Positions 10,088 to 18,891 of a stretch of 64,000 nucleotides of DNA are shown piece by piece. Made by a program: the position numbers and the translations under genes. The DNA comes from Fimbriimonadia bacterium (lineage in GTDB: Bacteria; Armatimonadota; Fimbriimonadia; Fimbriimonadales; JABRVX01): contig JBGPGO010000011.1 in assembly GCA_041483895.1 (NCBI GenBank), positions 32,001-96,000 of the forward strand, written 5' to 3'. Numbering within the stretch: the first letter of the stretch is position 1; each line of letters begins with the position of its first letter. The notes under the pieces are model-generated. The model searched no databases. It saw nothing but the letters and a program-made list of their open reading frames with translations, and was not told where the DNA came from.

Positions 10088-10231
10088 ATGGGTAAGAAGA
10101 CAAAACCGAACTTTCGAAACTCGGCAGGTAGCGCAAAAAGCACACCTGAGGTTGCAAAGAAGCCACTGCAGAAGCCAGGTAAGTTGCAGCGGCCCGTCGG
10201 GAATCCGCGGGCCCAGCGCGGTAACAAGTAG
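10088..10231 (+). CDS. Small highly basic protein (47 aa)
   Basis: Strong SD AAGGAGGAG before ATG 10088; MGKKTKPNFRNSAGSAKS...RAQRGNK. Confidence 0.65.
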   Translation: MGKKTKPNFRNSAGSAKSTPEVAKKPLQKPGKLQRPVGNPRAQRGNK

Positions 10232-10285
10232 ATATTCACTGTTGCCCGCAATGTTTCCGCCAGTCCCGGCTCCGAAAGAATTATT

Positions 10286-10349
10286 GAAGACCGCCACCCA
10301 ACCCTCCCCCTTTTTCAAGGCTAACGCCTGAAAAAAGGGGAGGGCTTTT
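10286..10349 (+). repeat. Palindromic element family B, between convergent genes
   Basis: GAAGACCGCCACCCAACCCTCCCCCTTTTTCAAGGCTAACGCCTGAAAAAAGGGGAGGGCTTTT. Confidence 0.88.
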
Positions 10350-10669
10350 CAGAGTTCAATCGGCTCAAAGCCGGGGAACATTTCGTGGCTTTCGGGGATT
10401 TGGTCGAGCGTGATATAGTCGCAGGCCGCTTCATAGCGCTTCCACAGTTTTATCACCTCCGGGTTGGTGTGCGCCGCGTTGATGGCCTCCTGCGATTTCC
10501 ACTCGAACACCTCGATCACCGTCCCGTCTTTCGCAAGCATCGCGTGGCAGGGGCGATCCGTGATGAGGCCCTGCGCGCGTAGGACCGGCATGTGATCGCG
10601 CGTGAGCCGCAGCAGGTCCGCCTCCTTGCCCGGTTTCGGGCGGAAAGCAGTGATTACGAATATTCCCAT
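10349..10669 (-). CDS. Dimeric alpha-beta barrel (ABM-like) protein
   Basis: FRPKPGKEADLL...VIEVFEWKSQEAINAAH pattern; SD GGAG upstream. Confidence 0.8.
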   Translation of the reverse strand: MGIFVITAFRPKPGKEADLLRLTRDHMPVLRAQGLITDRPCHAMLAKDGTVIEVFEWKSQEAINAAHTNPEVIKLWKRYEAACDYITLDQIPESHEMFPGFEPIEL

Positions 10670-10686
10670 TTCACTTCTCCATAGGT

Positions 10687-10896
10687 TTCAAACGTGGGTC
10701 GTGGTGGTTGGCAGACGAAACGGGATTGCCGATCCGATCCACGGCTACCGGCCAGTCATACGTGGGTCTTGGTGATTGGCAGGCGAAAGGGGATTGCCAA
10801 CCCGACCCACGGCTACGGGCCACCTCTGTTCAAACGTGGGTATTGGTGGTTGGCAGGCGAAACGGGATTGCCAACCCGACCCACGGCTACGGGCCA
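10687..10896 (-). repeat. REP-like tandem palindromes, family C (3 copies, GTAG-initiated)
   Basis: Units begin CGTGGGT at 10693, 10761, 10835; minus strand reads GTAGCCGTGGGTCGGGTTGGCAATCCC...TGCCAACC...ACCCACG. Confidence 0.9.
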
Positions 10897-12344
10897 CCAC
10901 CATTTGTTGCAGGTGGAGTATCTCGCGGCATCATATTCGGCTGGCACGCGGTGATATACACTGCTACCGCCTCATTCGTCGAACACTGCACCATATACTC
11001 CGGTTTGATCTGCTCATAGTTGTCATATTGCGTGTGATGGATGTAGTTATAGTCCATCGGTCCAGACTTGTCCCAGAAGAATGCCGGCACTCCCACCGCA
11101 TTGAACGACATATGATCGCTTCCGCCGCCGCGTGGAATGCGTTGCACTGTTCGTATCTTCATCTGACAGTCCGGAAACGCGGCGTTCGTGGTATCGATGA
11201 TCGGCTGAATATATGGCACCATGGCTTCGAGCGCGTAGGTTCCGCTTTCGTAGTTCGCGCCGTTGTCTTCGATGAACACTGCCGATATCTTCGGCCACTC
11301 ATCCTTGTGCTTCTCTACATAAGCGCGCGATCCAAAAAGGCCCTGTTCCTCCGCCGTGAACAACACAAATCGGATGGTGCGTTTCGGTTTCGCTCCGACC
11401 TTGCCAAGAATGCGAGCCGCCTCAATGGCGCACATCGATCCGGTGCCATTATCCTGCGACCCCTCACTGCCGGGTCCGTCCCAACTGTCCAGATGTCCGC
11501 CGACAATGACGACCTCATCCGGCTTTTCCGTCCCCGGAATCTCCGCGACGACGTTGAACAGCTTGCGCGGTCCCTTGATCCACTTTTGATTCACGTCAAA
11601 TTCCAAGACGACCGGCTTATTCGCATCCATGTCCGCGACAATCTTAGCCATGTCGGATTTTCGGACGGTGATGTTCACGTCGGTTGGGTGCTGCTCGAAG
11701 GTCTTGTCGCGGTAGTTTCCGGACGTGATCACCAAGTCGCCACCGGCCGGGCTGACGGAACCGAGGATGCCGGCGCCATTGATCGCCTCCCGCAAATCTT
11801 GCGCGGCTTTTTGCTCCGGTGTTAGCTCCGGCGGCGGATCGCCTGGTCGCTGGCGACGCGGTCCCCCTCGGAAGCCCCCAGTCTTGTAGATCAGCCAGGC
11901 GCCCTTGAGTTTGTCCTTCATGGCAATGAACTGCTCCATGTTGTCGGGCGCATAGATGGCGGGGCCCTTCTTCTTGCCGTGCGTGCCTTCGCTCCAGGAC
12001 TGCGTAGTGAACTCGAAATTGACCTTCTCGGGCGACACCATTTTTCCGGAGCTCTTGCCGCGCTGGAAGCCGACGGGCCATTCGCCCCATTCCTCCAAAT
12101 GCACGTTCTGGCATCCCACCTCTTTGAACTTCTTGACGGTCCATGCGTAGGCTTTATCGAGATTCTCGGAGGTCGAGAGCCGAGCGCCGATCTTTTTGCT
12201 GAGGTATTTGAGGTGCTCCATCACCTTGTTGTGATTCTTCCCCTCGTCGACGATTTTGGCTACGGTGGTGGGATCAGCCTGCGCGCCGACCGCGACCGCG
12301 GAACTGATAAATAAAGCTAGGGTGAAAATACGAAGATGTTTCAT
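10887..12344 (-). CDS. Secreted M28 family peptidase (carboxypeptidase Q-like)
   Basis: Signal peptide; GGHLDSWD, DNGTG, AEEQGLFGS, GGSDH, HHT zinc-peptidase motifs. Confidence 0.9.
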   Translation of the reverse strand: MKHLRIFTLALFISSAVAVGAQADPTTVAKIVDEGKNHNKVMEHLKYLSKKIGARLSTSENLDKAYAWTVKKFKEVGCQNVHLEEWGEWPVGFQRGKSSGKMVSPEKVNFEFTTQSWSEGTHGKKKGPAIYAPDNMEQFIAMKDKLKGAWLIYKTGGFRGGPRRQRPGDPPPELTPEQKAAQDLREAINGAGILGSVSPAGGDLVITSGNYRDKTFEQHPTDVNITVRKSDMAKIVADMDANKPVVLEFDVNQKWIKGPRKLFNVVAEIPGTEKPDEVVIVGGHLDSWDGPGSEGSQDNGTGSMCAIEAARILGKVGAKPKRTIRFVLFTAEEQGLFGSRAYVEKHKDEWPKISAVFIEDNGANYESGTYALEAMVPYIQPIIDTTNAAFPDCQMKIRTVQRIPRGGGSDHMSFNAVGVPAFFWDKSGPMDYNYIHHTQYDNYEQIKPEYMVQCSTNEAVAVYITACQPNMMPRDTPPATNGGGP

Positions 12345-12389
12345 AGAATTCTTAGCTTAGCAGATGAAGCGCTTGGACTACAATTGCCC

Positions 12390-13235
12390 ATGCCGCAAAA
12401 TGATGCGCCCAGCAACACCGCGATGGCCGTCCTGCTGGGTGTTTGGCTGACCGCCTGCGATCCCAAGACGCGGGGCCTGGTTTCGCCGGAGGTGCGCGAC
12501 TACACAGACCGCGCCTTGGCCGCGCTGGGAAGTCCCTATCGTTTCTTGTTGAAACTAGGCATCGTGCGGTGGGTGGCTCGGCGAAAAGAGGCGGGTCTGT
12601 TGGCAGGCGTCTGCAGCCATTACGCGGTGCGAAAGCAGGAGATTCATGGGTTGGTCGAGCACGTGGCTCCGCAGCGGTTAGTTGTTGTTGGCGCGGGATT
12701 CGATGGTCTGGCGTATCGTTTTGCGGATCGGATGGAGACCATCGAATATGACCACCCCGCGACGCAGGAGAGGAAGCGACAGATATTGGCGGCATTGCCG
12801 CATCGGCCTGTGGGGCTGCGGCCGGCCGATCTGAGCGACGAGAGCTTCCGATTCCACCTTTCCCGCAATGGGCGGACGCTGTTCGTGCTGGAGGGAGTGA
12901 CGATGTACTTGCAGGAGGCCCGCATACGAAATCTGTTGCATAAGATTGCCGGTATCGGGGAGTTGATCTTTACTTTTATGACACTGGATGAGCGGGGTAG
13001 GCCGACTTTTGGCGCGACACAGAACCAGATCGATCGATACCTGGCAAGAGTTGGCGAACCGTTTCTTTGGGGAATCTCACCGGAAAACCTGGAAGGCTTT
13101 TTGGATCGCGAAGGATGGCAGCTGCGGCAGGTGATTGGCGCTCCGAATCCGCGAATGCCCTTTTTGCGGCCGGCTGAAGCCATGATCGCCGGCGAGTGGA
13201 TCGCTTATGCTACGCCGAAAAGTGATTTGAGATGA
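12390..13235 (+). CDS. Class I SAM-dependent methyltransferase, LCM family
   Basis: VVVGAGFDGLAYR, EYDHPATQ, ADL, LEGVTMYL; start at ATG 12390. Confidence 0.85.
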   Translation: MPQNDAPSNTAMAVLLGVWLTACDPKTRGLVSPEVRDYTDRALAALGSPYRFLLKLGIVRWVARRKEAGLLAGVCSHYAVRKQEIHGLVEHVAPQRLVVVGAGFDGLAYRFADRMETIEYDHPATQERKRQILAALPHRPVGLRPADLSDESFRFHLSRNGRTLFVLEGVTMYLQEARIRNLLHKIAGIGELIFTFMTLDERGRPTFGATQNQIDRYLARVGEPFLWGISPENLEGFLDREGWQLRQVIGAPNPRMPFLRPAEAMIAGEWIAYATPKSDLR

Positions 13236-14617
13236 AGATACCAATCGCTGCATAGTATCTCGTTTGGATCCCGCTTACGTTTCTCGCATAGAATCTGCTC
13301 CATCATTGGATAGGACCGTTCGATCTGCTCCCTGGTGGCCCATCGATGATAAGTGAGGTAGAAGGTGCCCCCAAATCCCTGCGCCAAATCGATCAGCGTG
13401 CGAAACTGTGTCTTGGCACGTTCGAGTCCAGGCGGGTCGTGATCGACGTGAAGGTTGAAGATTACGCAGGCCCAATTTTGGGTTGCCCAAGGAAGGAACG
13501 TCTCCTTCTCCCTTTCGACCAGGCGGATGGTGCCATATATCACTTTCGCAGCGTTTTGACGCATTTCCGATCGGCAAAGATCGAGAAAGGTGGTGAGCGA
13601 TTCTCGCGGGACGTATAGCTCCGTTATCATCTCCGATCCGGGACAATGAGCGCGGGTCCGGCGGTCCATCTTTCGGTGGTAATCGTCCAGATAGGGCGTC
13701 ATTTGGTGCAGATCGGACCAGTAGATCTGGCCATCAGTGCTTTTGTAGAAGTCCGCATAGAGTCGGAACGCCTCGGATGGATTGGCGTGGGCGAGATAGA
13801 CAAGATGGTGCCATGCCCGGCGCGGAACCTCCTTCTGATTGGCGCTGATGGCTGTGGTGTCCGGCACCGGTTCGTAGCAGGCGAAGACACCGGATCGCAG
13901 GAAGTCATCCGATTCCGGGTCGATTGCGAACTGAAAATCCCCAAACTCATATCCCTCACGGATTCGGTCATCAAACGCCTCAATAAGACCATCCACTGAT
14001 CGCACCTCTACTCGCCGGCGGAGTTTGTGCCGCCGAACCAGGCGAAGCTCGGCCCCAGTGATCACGCCGAAGAGACCGTATCCGCCGATGACGAACGGAA
14101 ACAGATCCGCGTTTTCTTCCCGGCTGATTCGCAGCAGTTTCCCTTCCGGCGTGATGAGGTGAAGGGCCTCGATATCTTCCACCATAGGCCGCATCGTCAA
14201 ACCCCGACTATGGATGTTCGAGGAGATGCTGCCGCCAAGCGATAGCCGATCGCCGCCTGTTTGCTTTTGGCGAAATGTCCATCCAAAGTCATCGCCGCTT
14301 TGCGCCTTGCGCAGCTCCCGGTACAGTTCCGGCCAAAGGATTCCCGCCTCCACCATCGCAATGCCACGATCACGATCGAGCGACAGGAGCCTTTTGAGCC
14401 CGCGCATATCGAGCAGGATGCCGTTGGATAGGAACGCTTGCCCTCCCATGCTGTGCCGACCACCGCTGACCGATAGCGGCTCTCCTTGCTTCACGATCGC
14501 CGCCACATGCTCTGGGCTCTTAGCGCGAACGACGCGACGAACCTTTGCCGCGTTGAGGGCGGAGTGAATGTCATTAACCCAGACCGGAAAGGGAAGCCTC
14601 TCGCGCCAAGAGCTCAT
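13205..14617 (-). CDS. FAD-binding oxidoreductase (arabinono-lactone oxidase/DprE1-like)
   Basis: GGRHSMGGQ, SLGGSISSNIHSRG, IGGYGLFGVI, GGTFYLTYH. Confidence 0.88.
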   Translation of the reverse strand: MSSWRERLPFPVWVNDIHSALNAAKVRRVVRAKSPEHVAAIVKQGEPLSVSGGRHSMGGQAFLSNGILLDMRGLKRLLSLDRDRGIAMVEAGILWPELYRELRKAQSGDDFGWTFRQKQTGGDRLSLGGSISSNIHSRGLTMRPMVEDIEALHLITPEGKLLRISREENADLFPFVIGGYGLFGVITGAELRLVRRHKLRRRVEVRSVDGLIEAFDDRIREGYEFGDFQFAIDPESDDFLRSGVFACYEPVPDTTAISANQKEVPRRAWHHLVYLAHANPSEAFRLYADFYKSTDGQIYWSDLHQMTPYLDDYHRKMDRRTRAHCPGSEMITELYVPRESLTTFLDLCRSEMRQNAAKVIYGTIRLVEREKETFLPWATQNWACVIFNLHVDHDPPGLERAKTQFRTLIDLAQGFGGTFYLTYHRWATREQIERSYPMMEQILCEKRKRDPNEILCSDWYLHLKSLFGVA

Positions 14618-14639
14618 ATCTTCTTAGTATGGCCTTGGT

Positions 14640-15356
14640 TCACTTTTTGTGTGGTTGTTCTTCTGTGAAAACATCCTTCACCAGATAGCCCAAGTTCGTA
14701 TAGAAGTTGCCGCCCAAAGGGCGAACGGCTTGGAATTGCAGGTCCGGGCCGCCGACGTAGGGCCGGAATATCCACGCCATTTGGGTCCCCACGAACGCAT
14801 ACACGATGAGCCATGCGCGCAGAATCGCGAGACTCGAACTCGGCTGATGGTCGGGATTCGCAAGTGCCGCAATGTGCCGAACACCGGAAGCAAGATATGA
14901 CACTCCATACAGCCCGGAAATCGCGAACGCGGCCACATGGAGCAGCATGATGAAGCTGTAGTCGCGGCTGCTGATCATAAAGAATATGACGATAGGGGCC
15001 GTCGCTGCCAGCATCACGGACGAAACTGTGAGCGCCCCGAGCCAAAGCATCACCATCGGGCCGAATGCCAGGCGCGTCCCGAGCAGCACGTTGGAAACGT
15101 AGAGCGCGGGAAGGCAGACGATGAGCGTGGCGATGAAGAGCAATGGTATCTTGATCACGTCCGCCACGGCAAAGCGCCAATAGCCGTCGCCCCACCCCCA
15201 AAACGAACCCATGACCACGCCGTAGAAAGCGGTCAGCAGCAGGTAGATCCACACCAGGTCGCGGGCCAATTGGCCGTAGTCGGATTTTTGGTGTACGTCG
15301 TTGAAAAATGAGCTCTTGTCTCGCAGCAGTTCCTCGATCTTCGTTAGTTGTCGCAT
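14640..15356 (-). CDS. Multi-pass membrane protein (Yip1-like)
   Basis: About five TM helices; KIPLLF...CLPALY and YAFVGTQMAWIFRPYVG motifs; SD GAAGGGGGA before ATG 15356. Confidence 0.75.
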   Translation of the reverse strand: MRQLTKIEELLRDKSSFFNDVHQKSDYGQLARDLVWIYLLLTAFYGVVMGSFWGWGDGYWRFAVADVIKIPLLFIATLIVCLPALYVSNVLLGTRLAFGPMVMLWLGALTVSSVMLAATAPIVIFFMISSRDYSFIMLLHVAAFAISGLYGVSYLASGVRHIAALANPDHQPSSSLAILRAWLIVYAFVGTQMAWIFRPYVGGPDLQFQAVRPLGGNFYTNLGYLVKDVFTEEQPHKK

Positions 15357-15484
15357 TGGGTCCCCCTTCGGCGCCACAGGTCATTGTACGCAATCTATGT
15401 CACATTTATCACCGCGCTCGTCAAAAAGAAGGAGTCCGATTGGCAGGACAGGAACTAATGGGAATCACCGTTTGAGGAGTGGTT

Positions 15485-15925
15485 ATGAACTGTACCAATC
15501 ACCCTAGCGTGCCTGCCTTTGGAACGTGCGTCAATTGCAACCGACCGTTTTGTCCCAATTGTCTCGTTGATGTTCAGGGCCAGAGCTATTGCATGAATTG
15601 CCGAAACTTGGCGGTGCGCGGCCCGCAGCAATACGCCCCACCGCCTTACGGCGCGATGCCGCCGATGGAGTGCAATGAAGCCAAGGAAGCGCTTACCTAC
15701 GCCCTCATCGGAATCATTTGCTTGGGAATCATCCTCGAACCGATCGCCATCATCAAGGCGCTCAAGGCGAAAGAGCTAATTCGGATGAATCCGACGTTGG
15801 AAGGAATTGGAAAAGCGAATGCGGCACTGGCGATTGGAATCATCATAATAGCGCTTAATTTGCTGTACTTCGCTGTTTTGATTATGGGTGCGGCATCAGG
15901 AGCGAGCACTGGTCGTTTCCGGTGA
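15485..15925 (+). CDS. B-box zinc finger + DUF4190-like membrane protein
   Basis: CTNHP...CVNCNRPFCPNC...CMNC, Pro-rich linker, two TM helices. Confidence 0.78.
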   Translation: MNCTNHPSVPAFGTCVNCNRPFCPNCLVDVQGQSYCMNCRNLAVRGPQQYAPPPYGAMPPMECNEAKEALTYALIGIICLGIILEPIAIIKALKAKELIRMNPTLEGIGKANAALAIGIIIIALNLLYFAVLIMGAASGASTGRFR

Positions 15926-16530
15926 TTGCGGCTTGTCCTCGGTGTTCCGGGCCATTGGAACATGTATCCGAAGACGACGTGCGATGCCGGATATGCGGCA
16001 TGGTGTTTCGGGTCCTGTTTTCTCGCGCACCTATCGAATCGCCTGCCCCGATTCCGCAACCACATCCCGATCAAATGTGCGCGCAACATCCGCAGGCGCC
16101 CGCCCAATCGATTTGCATATCTTGTGGAGCCCCGATTTGTGCGATTTGTGATTTTCTCACATCCGATGGGCAGCACGTCTGTCCGGGATGCGTGACGAAG
16201 AGCGCGCCGCCGATCGTCGAGAAAGGCACGTCTAAGATGCTGGGATGGTCGTACGTTATGGCCATCATCGGTTCGGTCGGATTTGGCCTTTTGTTTCTTG
16301 TCGCGTATTCCAACATGCCAAAATTGGAAACTGAAGCGCTCAGCATGTTGGTGGGACTCATAACATATTTGCCGACTCTCGCCGGATGCGGTCTGGCGGT
16401 TGGGGCGATGGGGAGAAATCCTGGCCAATTTGCGTCCGCATGGATTGCGTTGGCTTGGAATGCTGGGATTCTTATAATTGCCTTCATGCTGACGATGGCG
16501 GGAGCGCTGATGGAAGGTGGAGCGAAATGA
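15922..16530 (+). CDS. Zinc ribbon + B-box membrane protein
   Basis: CPRC...CRIC; CAQHP...CISCGAPICAIC...CPGC; three TM helices; GTGA overlap with upstream gene. Confidence 0.75.
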   Translation: MIAACPRCSGPLEHVSEDDVRCRICGMVFRVLFSRAPIESPAPIPQPHPDQMCAQHPQAPAQSICISCGAPICAICDFLTSDGQHVCPGCVTKSAPPIVEKGTSKMLGWSYVMAIIGSVGFGLLFLVAYSNMPKLETEALSMLVGLITYLPTLAGCGLAVGAMGRNPGQFASAWIALAWNAGILIIAFMLTMAGALMEGGAK

Positions 16531-16802
16531 ATGGGAAGATTTCCGGATCAGACCTTTTAGTGACGCGCTACATAAAGTTCGACACTCGAAAGCGCATTCT
16601 CGAGGGTCAAAACTCGGCGCTCTTCTTGGTCGGCAAGAAACGGTTCCGATTCGATCAGATCGATTTGGTTCTCTATTCCGCGGATCATCAGCTAACGGTG
16701 ACTTCCGGCACCGAGATGCTCACTGTTCCCATAATCGCCAACAATGCGAAGCACAAAGCCGCCCTCGATATGTTGCTCACTGCGCTCCGGCGAGGGCGTT
16801 GA
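16527..16802 (+). CDS. Hypothetical protein (91 aa)
   Basis: ATGA overlap with upstream gene; ends 1 bp before the next start. Confidence 0.6.
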   Translation: MNGKISGSDLLVTRYIKFDTRKRILEGQNSALFLVGKKRFRFDQIDLVLYSADHQLTVTSGTEMLTVPIIANNAKHKAALDMLLTALRRGR

Positions 16803-16803
16803 G

Positions 16804-18891
16804 ATGGTGATCCCAGCGATTCTCTCCATCCTGATCGCCAGTACGTTTGCTCCACCCGGCGACGTGAAGCTGCGGCCGTTTGACTATCGTGGAGTTAGGA
16901 TCGACAGCGGTCCGTTTCGGCAGCAGTTGGACGAGGTAAAGAACTTCTATCTTCGTATCCCCAACGATGATCTGCTGAAGGGGTTTCGAACGCGGGCAGG
17001 ATTGCCAGCTCCAGGCGTCGATTTGGGTGGATGGTACTCGGCGGATGTGTTCCATATCTTCGGGCAGATCATATCCGGTCTTTCTCGCCTGTATGCCGCG
17101 ACGGGGGACACCGCATGCAAGGACAAGGTGTTTGCGCTTGTCGGCGAATGGGGGAAGACGATTGCACCCGATGGATATTTTTACTACACCACCAAGCCGA
17201 ACGCGCGCCACTATATCTACGACAAGATGGTATGCGGCCTGGTCGATGCGTATCTGTACTGCGCCGATAGGGAGGCATTAGGATATCTGAGTAAAATCAC
17301 GGATTGGGCGATCAAGAATCTGAGCCGCGAACGAACGTACAATTTCACCTCAGGGAACGGTTATACGGAGTGGTACACCTTGTCTGAGAACCTGTACCGA
17401 GCATATGACATAACGCGCGATCGAAAGTACCTGAACTTTGCGAAAGTGTGGGAGTACACCGAATATTGGGATCTCTATGCCGCTAGGAAGTATATCTTCT
17501 CGCGCGCAACCGGTTATCACGCATATAGCCATGTAAACACCCTCAGTGGCGCAGGCGCTGCATACATGCAAACTCAGGAGCAGCATTATCTGGACACGAT
17601 TAAGCACGCATACGAATATTTGCATGGCAATGAGTGTTTCGCGACCGGAGGATACGGTCCCAACGAGTCGTTGTTGCCGCCAGCATTGCTGCCGAGGACA
17701 CTCGAAAATTGGACCAACCACTTTGAGACGCAGTGCGGGACGTGGGCGGTTTTCAAGCTGTGCAAGTATCTGATCATGGCCACCGGCGACGGCCGCTATG
17801 GCAACTGGGTGGAGGAGCTTGCATACAATGGGCTTGGTGCGACGATTCCCATGTCGCCGGACGGCAAGGTGTTCTACTATTCCGAATACAGCGTCGATGG
17901 ATCTTCTAAGCGGAATTCGGATACCGGCTGGACGTGCTGCGCGGGCACGCGGCCCCAGGCGGTTGCGGATGTCGTGGATCAGATCTACTACCAAGATGGG
18001 CTGGGCTTCTTTATCAATCTTTTTGTGCCATCCACCGTCCAATGGCAGGGTCACAGCATTACTCAGCGCACGAGGTTTCCGGAAAGCGGATGGGTGGCAA
18101 TTACTATTCATGATGCAAATCACACTCAGTTCAGCATCCATCTTCGAGCGCCCGACTGGCTCGACGGCAAAATGACCGCCGCGGTCAATGGTGAGGCGCT
18201 GGATTTGCTTCCTCCTCGCCAAGGATGGTTCACGGTCCGCCGGTCGTGGCAAGACGGCGACGTTCTCTGGATTCGGCTGCCGATGAAGATTTCGCAGAAG
18301 CCGATCGCGAAAGATGCGAAATATCCGACCGCGATCACCTACGGCCCCGTTGCGATGGCGTTTCGGTCCTCCGCAAATCCCGGCGATATCGTCAATTTCG
18401 GTGCGTTATCGGCCAATTTCATCCCCAGCTTAGGGGAGCCGCTCACATATCATTTGAAGTCCGACCCTTCTGTTCTGGTCCGGCCGTTCTATGCGTTCAA
18501 GGCGGGCGAGTCATACTATCTTTATCTAGACCCTGCGGCGAGGAACCGGGTCTCGTGGCGCGCGGTGAAGCTCGACAAATGGTATGGCGACGCGGGATAT
18601 ATGCGGTACACGGACACCATCGGCGCGACTGCGGAGTATACTTTCGAGGGCACAGGAATCCGTTGGCGTGGGCAGAAATTCGATGACGGAGGGCAGGCGA
18701 AGGTGGAGATTGATGGGACTCTCGTCGGGATCGTTGATATGTATGGGCCTGGCCGCGGACTGCCATTCGACTGGCGCCACACGGATCTGCCGAAGGGCAA
18801 GCATACGATTAAGATAACACTCATCGCCACCAAATCCACAGAATCGAAAGGCACCTTTTTGAACCTGCAGGGATTCGAGGTGATTCCGTGA
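16804..18891 (+). CDS. Glycoside hydrolase family 127 (beta-L-arabinofuranosidase-like, DUF1680) with C-terminal CBM-like domain
   Basis: Signal peptide; HAYSHVN, FATGGYGPNE, FETQCGT, WTCCAGT, YGPVAM. Confidence 0.87.
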   Translation: MVIPAILSILIASTFAPPGDVKLRPFDYRGVRIDSGPFRQQLDEVKNFYLRIPNDDLLKGFRTRAGLPAPGVDLGGWYSADVFHIFGQIISGLSRLYAATGDTACKDKVFALVGEWGKTIAPDGYFYYTTKPNARHYIYDKMVCGLVDAYLYCADREALGYLSKITDWAIKNLSRERTYNFTSGNGYTEWYTLSENLYRAYDITRDRKYLNFAKVWEYTEYWDLYAARKYIFSRATGYHAYSHVNTLSGAGAAYMQTQEQHYLDTIKHAYEYLHGNECFATGGYGPNESLLPPALLPRTLENWTNHFETQCGTWAVFKLCKYLIMATGDGRYGNWVEELAYNGLGATIPMSPDGKVFYYSEYSVDGSSKRNSDTGWTCCAGTRPQAVADVVDQIYYQDGLGFFINLFVPSTVQWQGHSITQRTRFPESGWVAITIHDANHTQFSIHLRAPDWLDGKMTAAVNGEALDLLPPRQGWFTVRRSWQDGDVLWIRLPMKISQKPIAKDAKYPTAITYGPVAMAFRSSANPGDIVNFGALSANFIPSLGEPLTYHLKSDPSVLVRPFYAFKAGESYYLYLDPAARNRVSWRAVKLDKWYGDAGYMRYTDTIGATAEYTFEGTGIRWRGQKFDDGGQAKVEIDGTLVGIVDMYGPGRGLPFDWRHTDLPKGKHTIKITLIATKSTESKGTFLNLQGFEVIP

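Noticed and set aside
10687..10896. CRISPR mini-array
   Set aside because: The whole ~70-bp unit is repeated with no unique spacers; GTAG-palindrome structure fits REP elements
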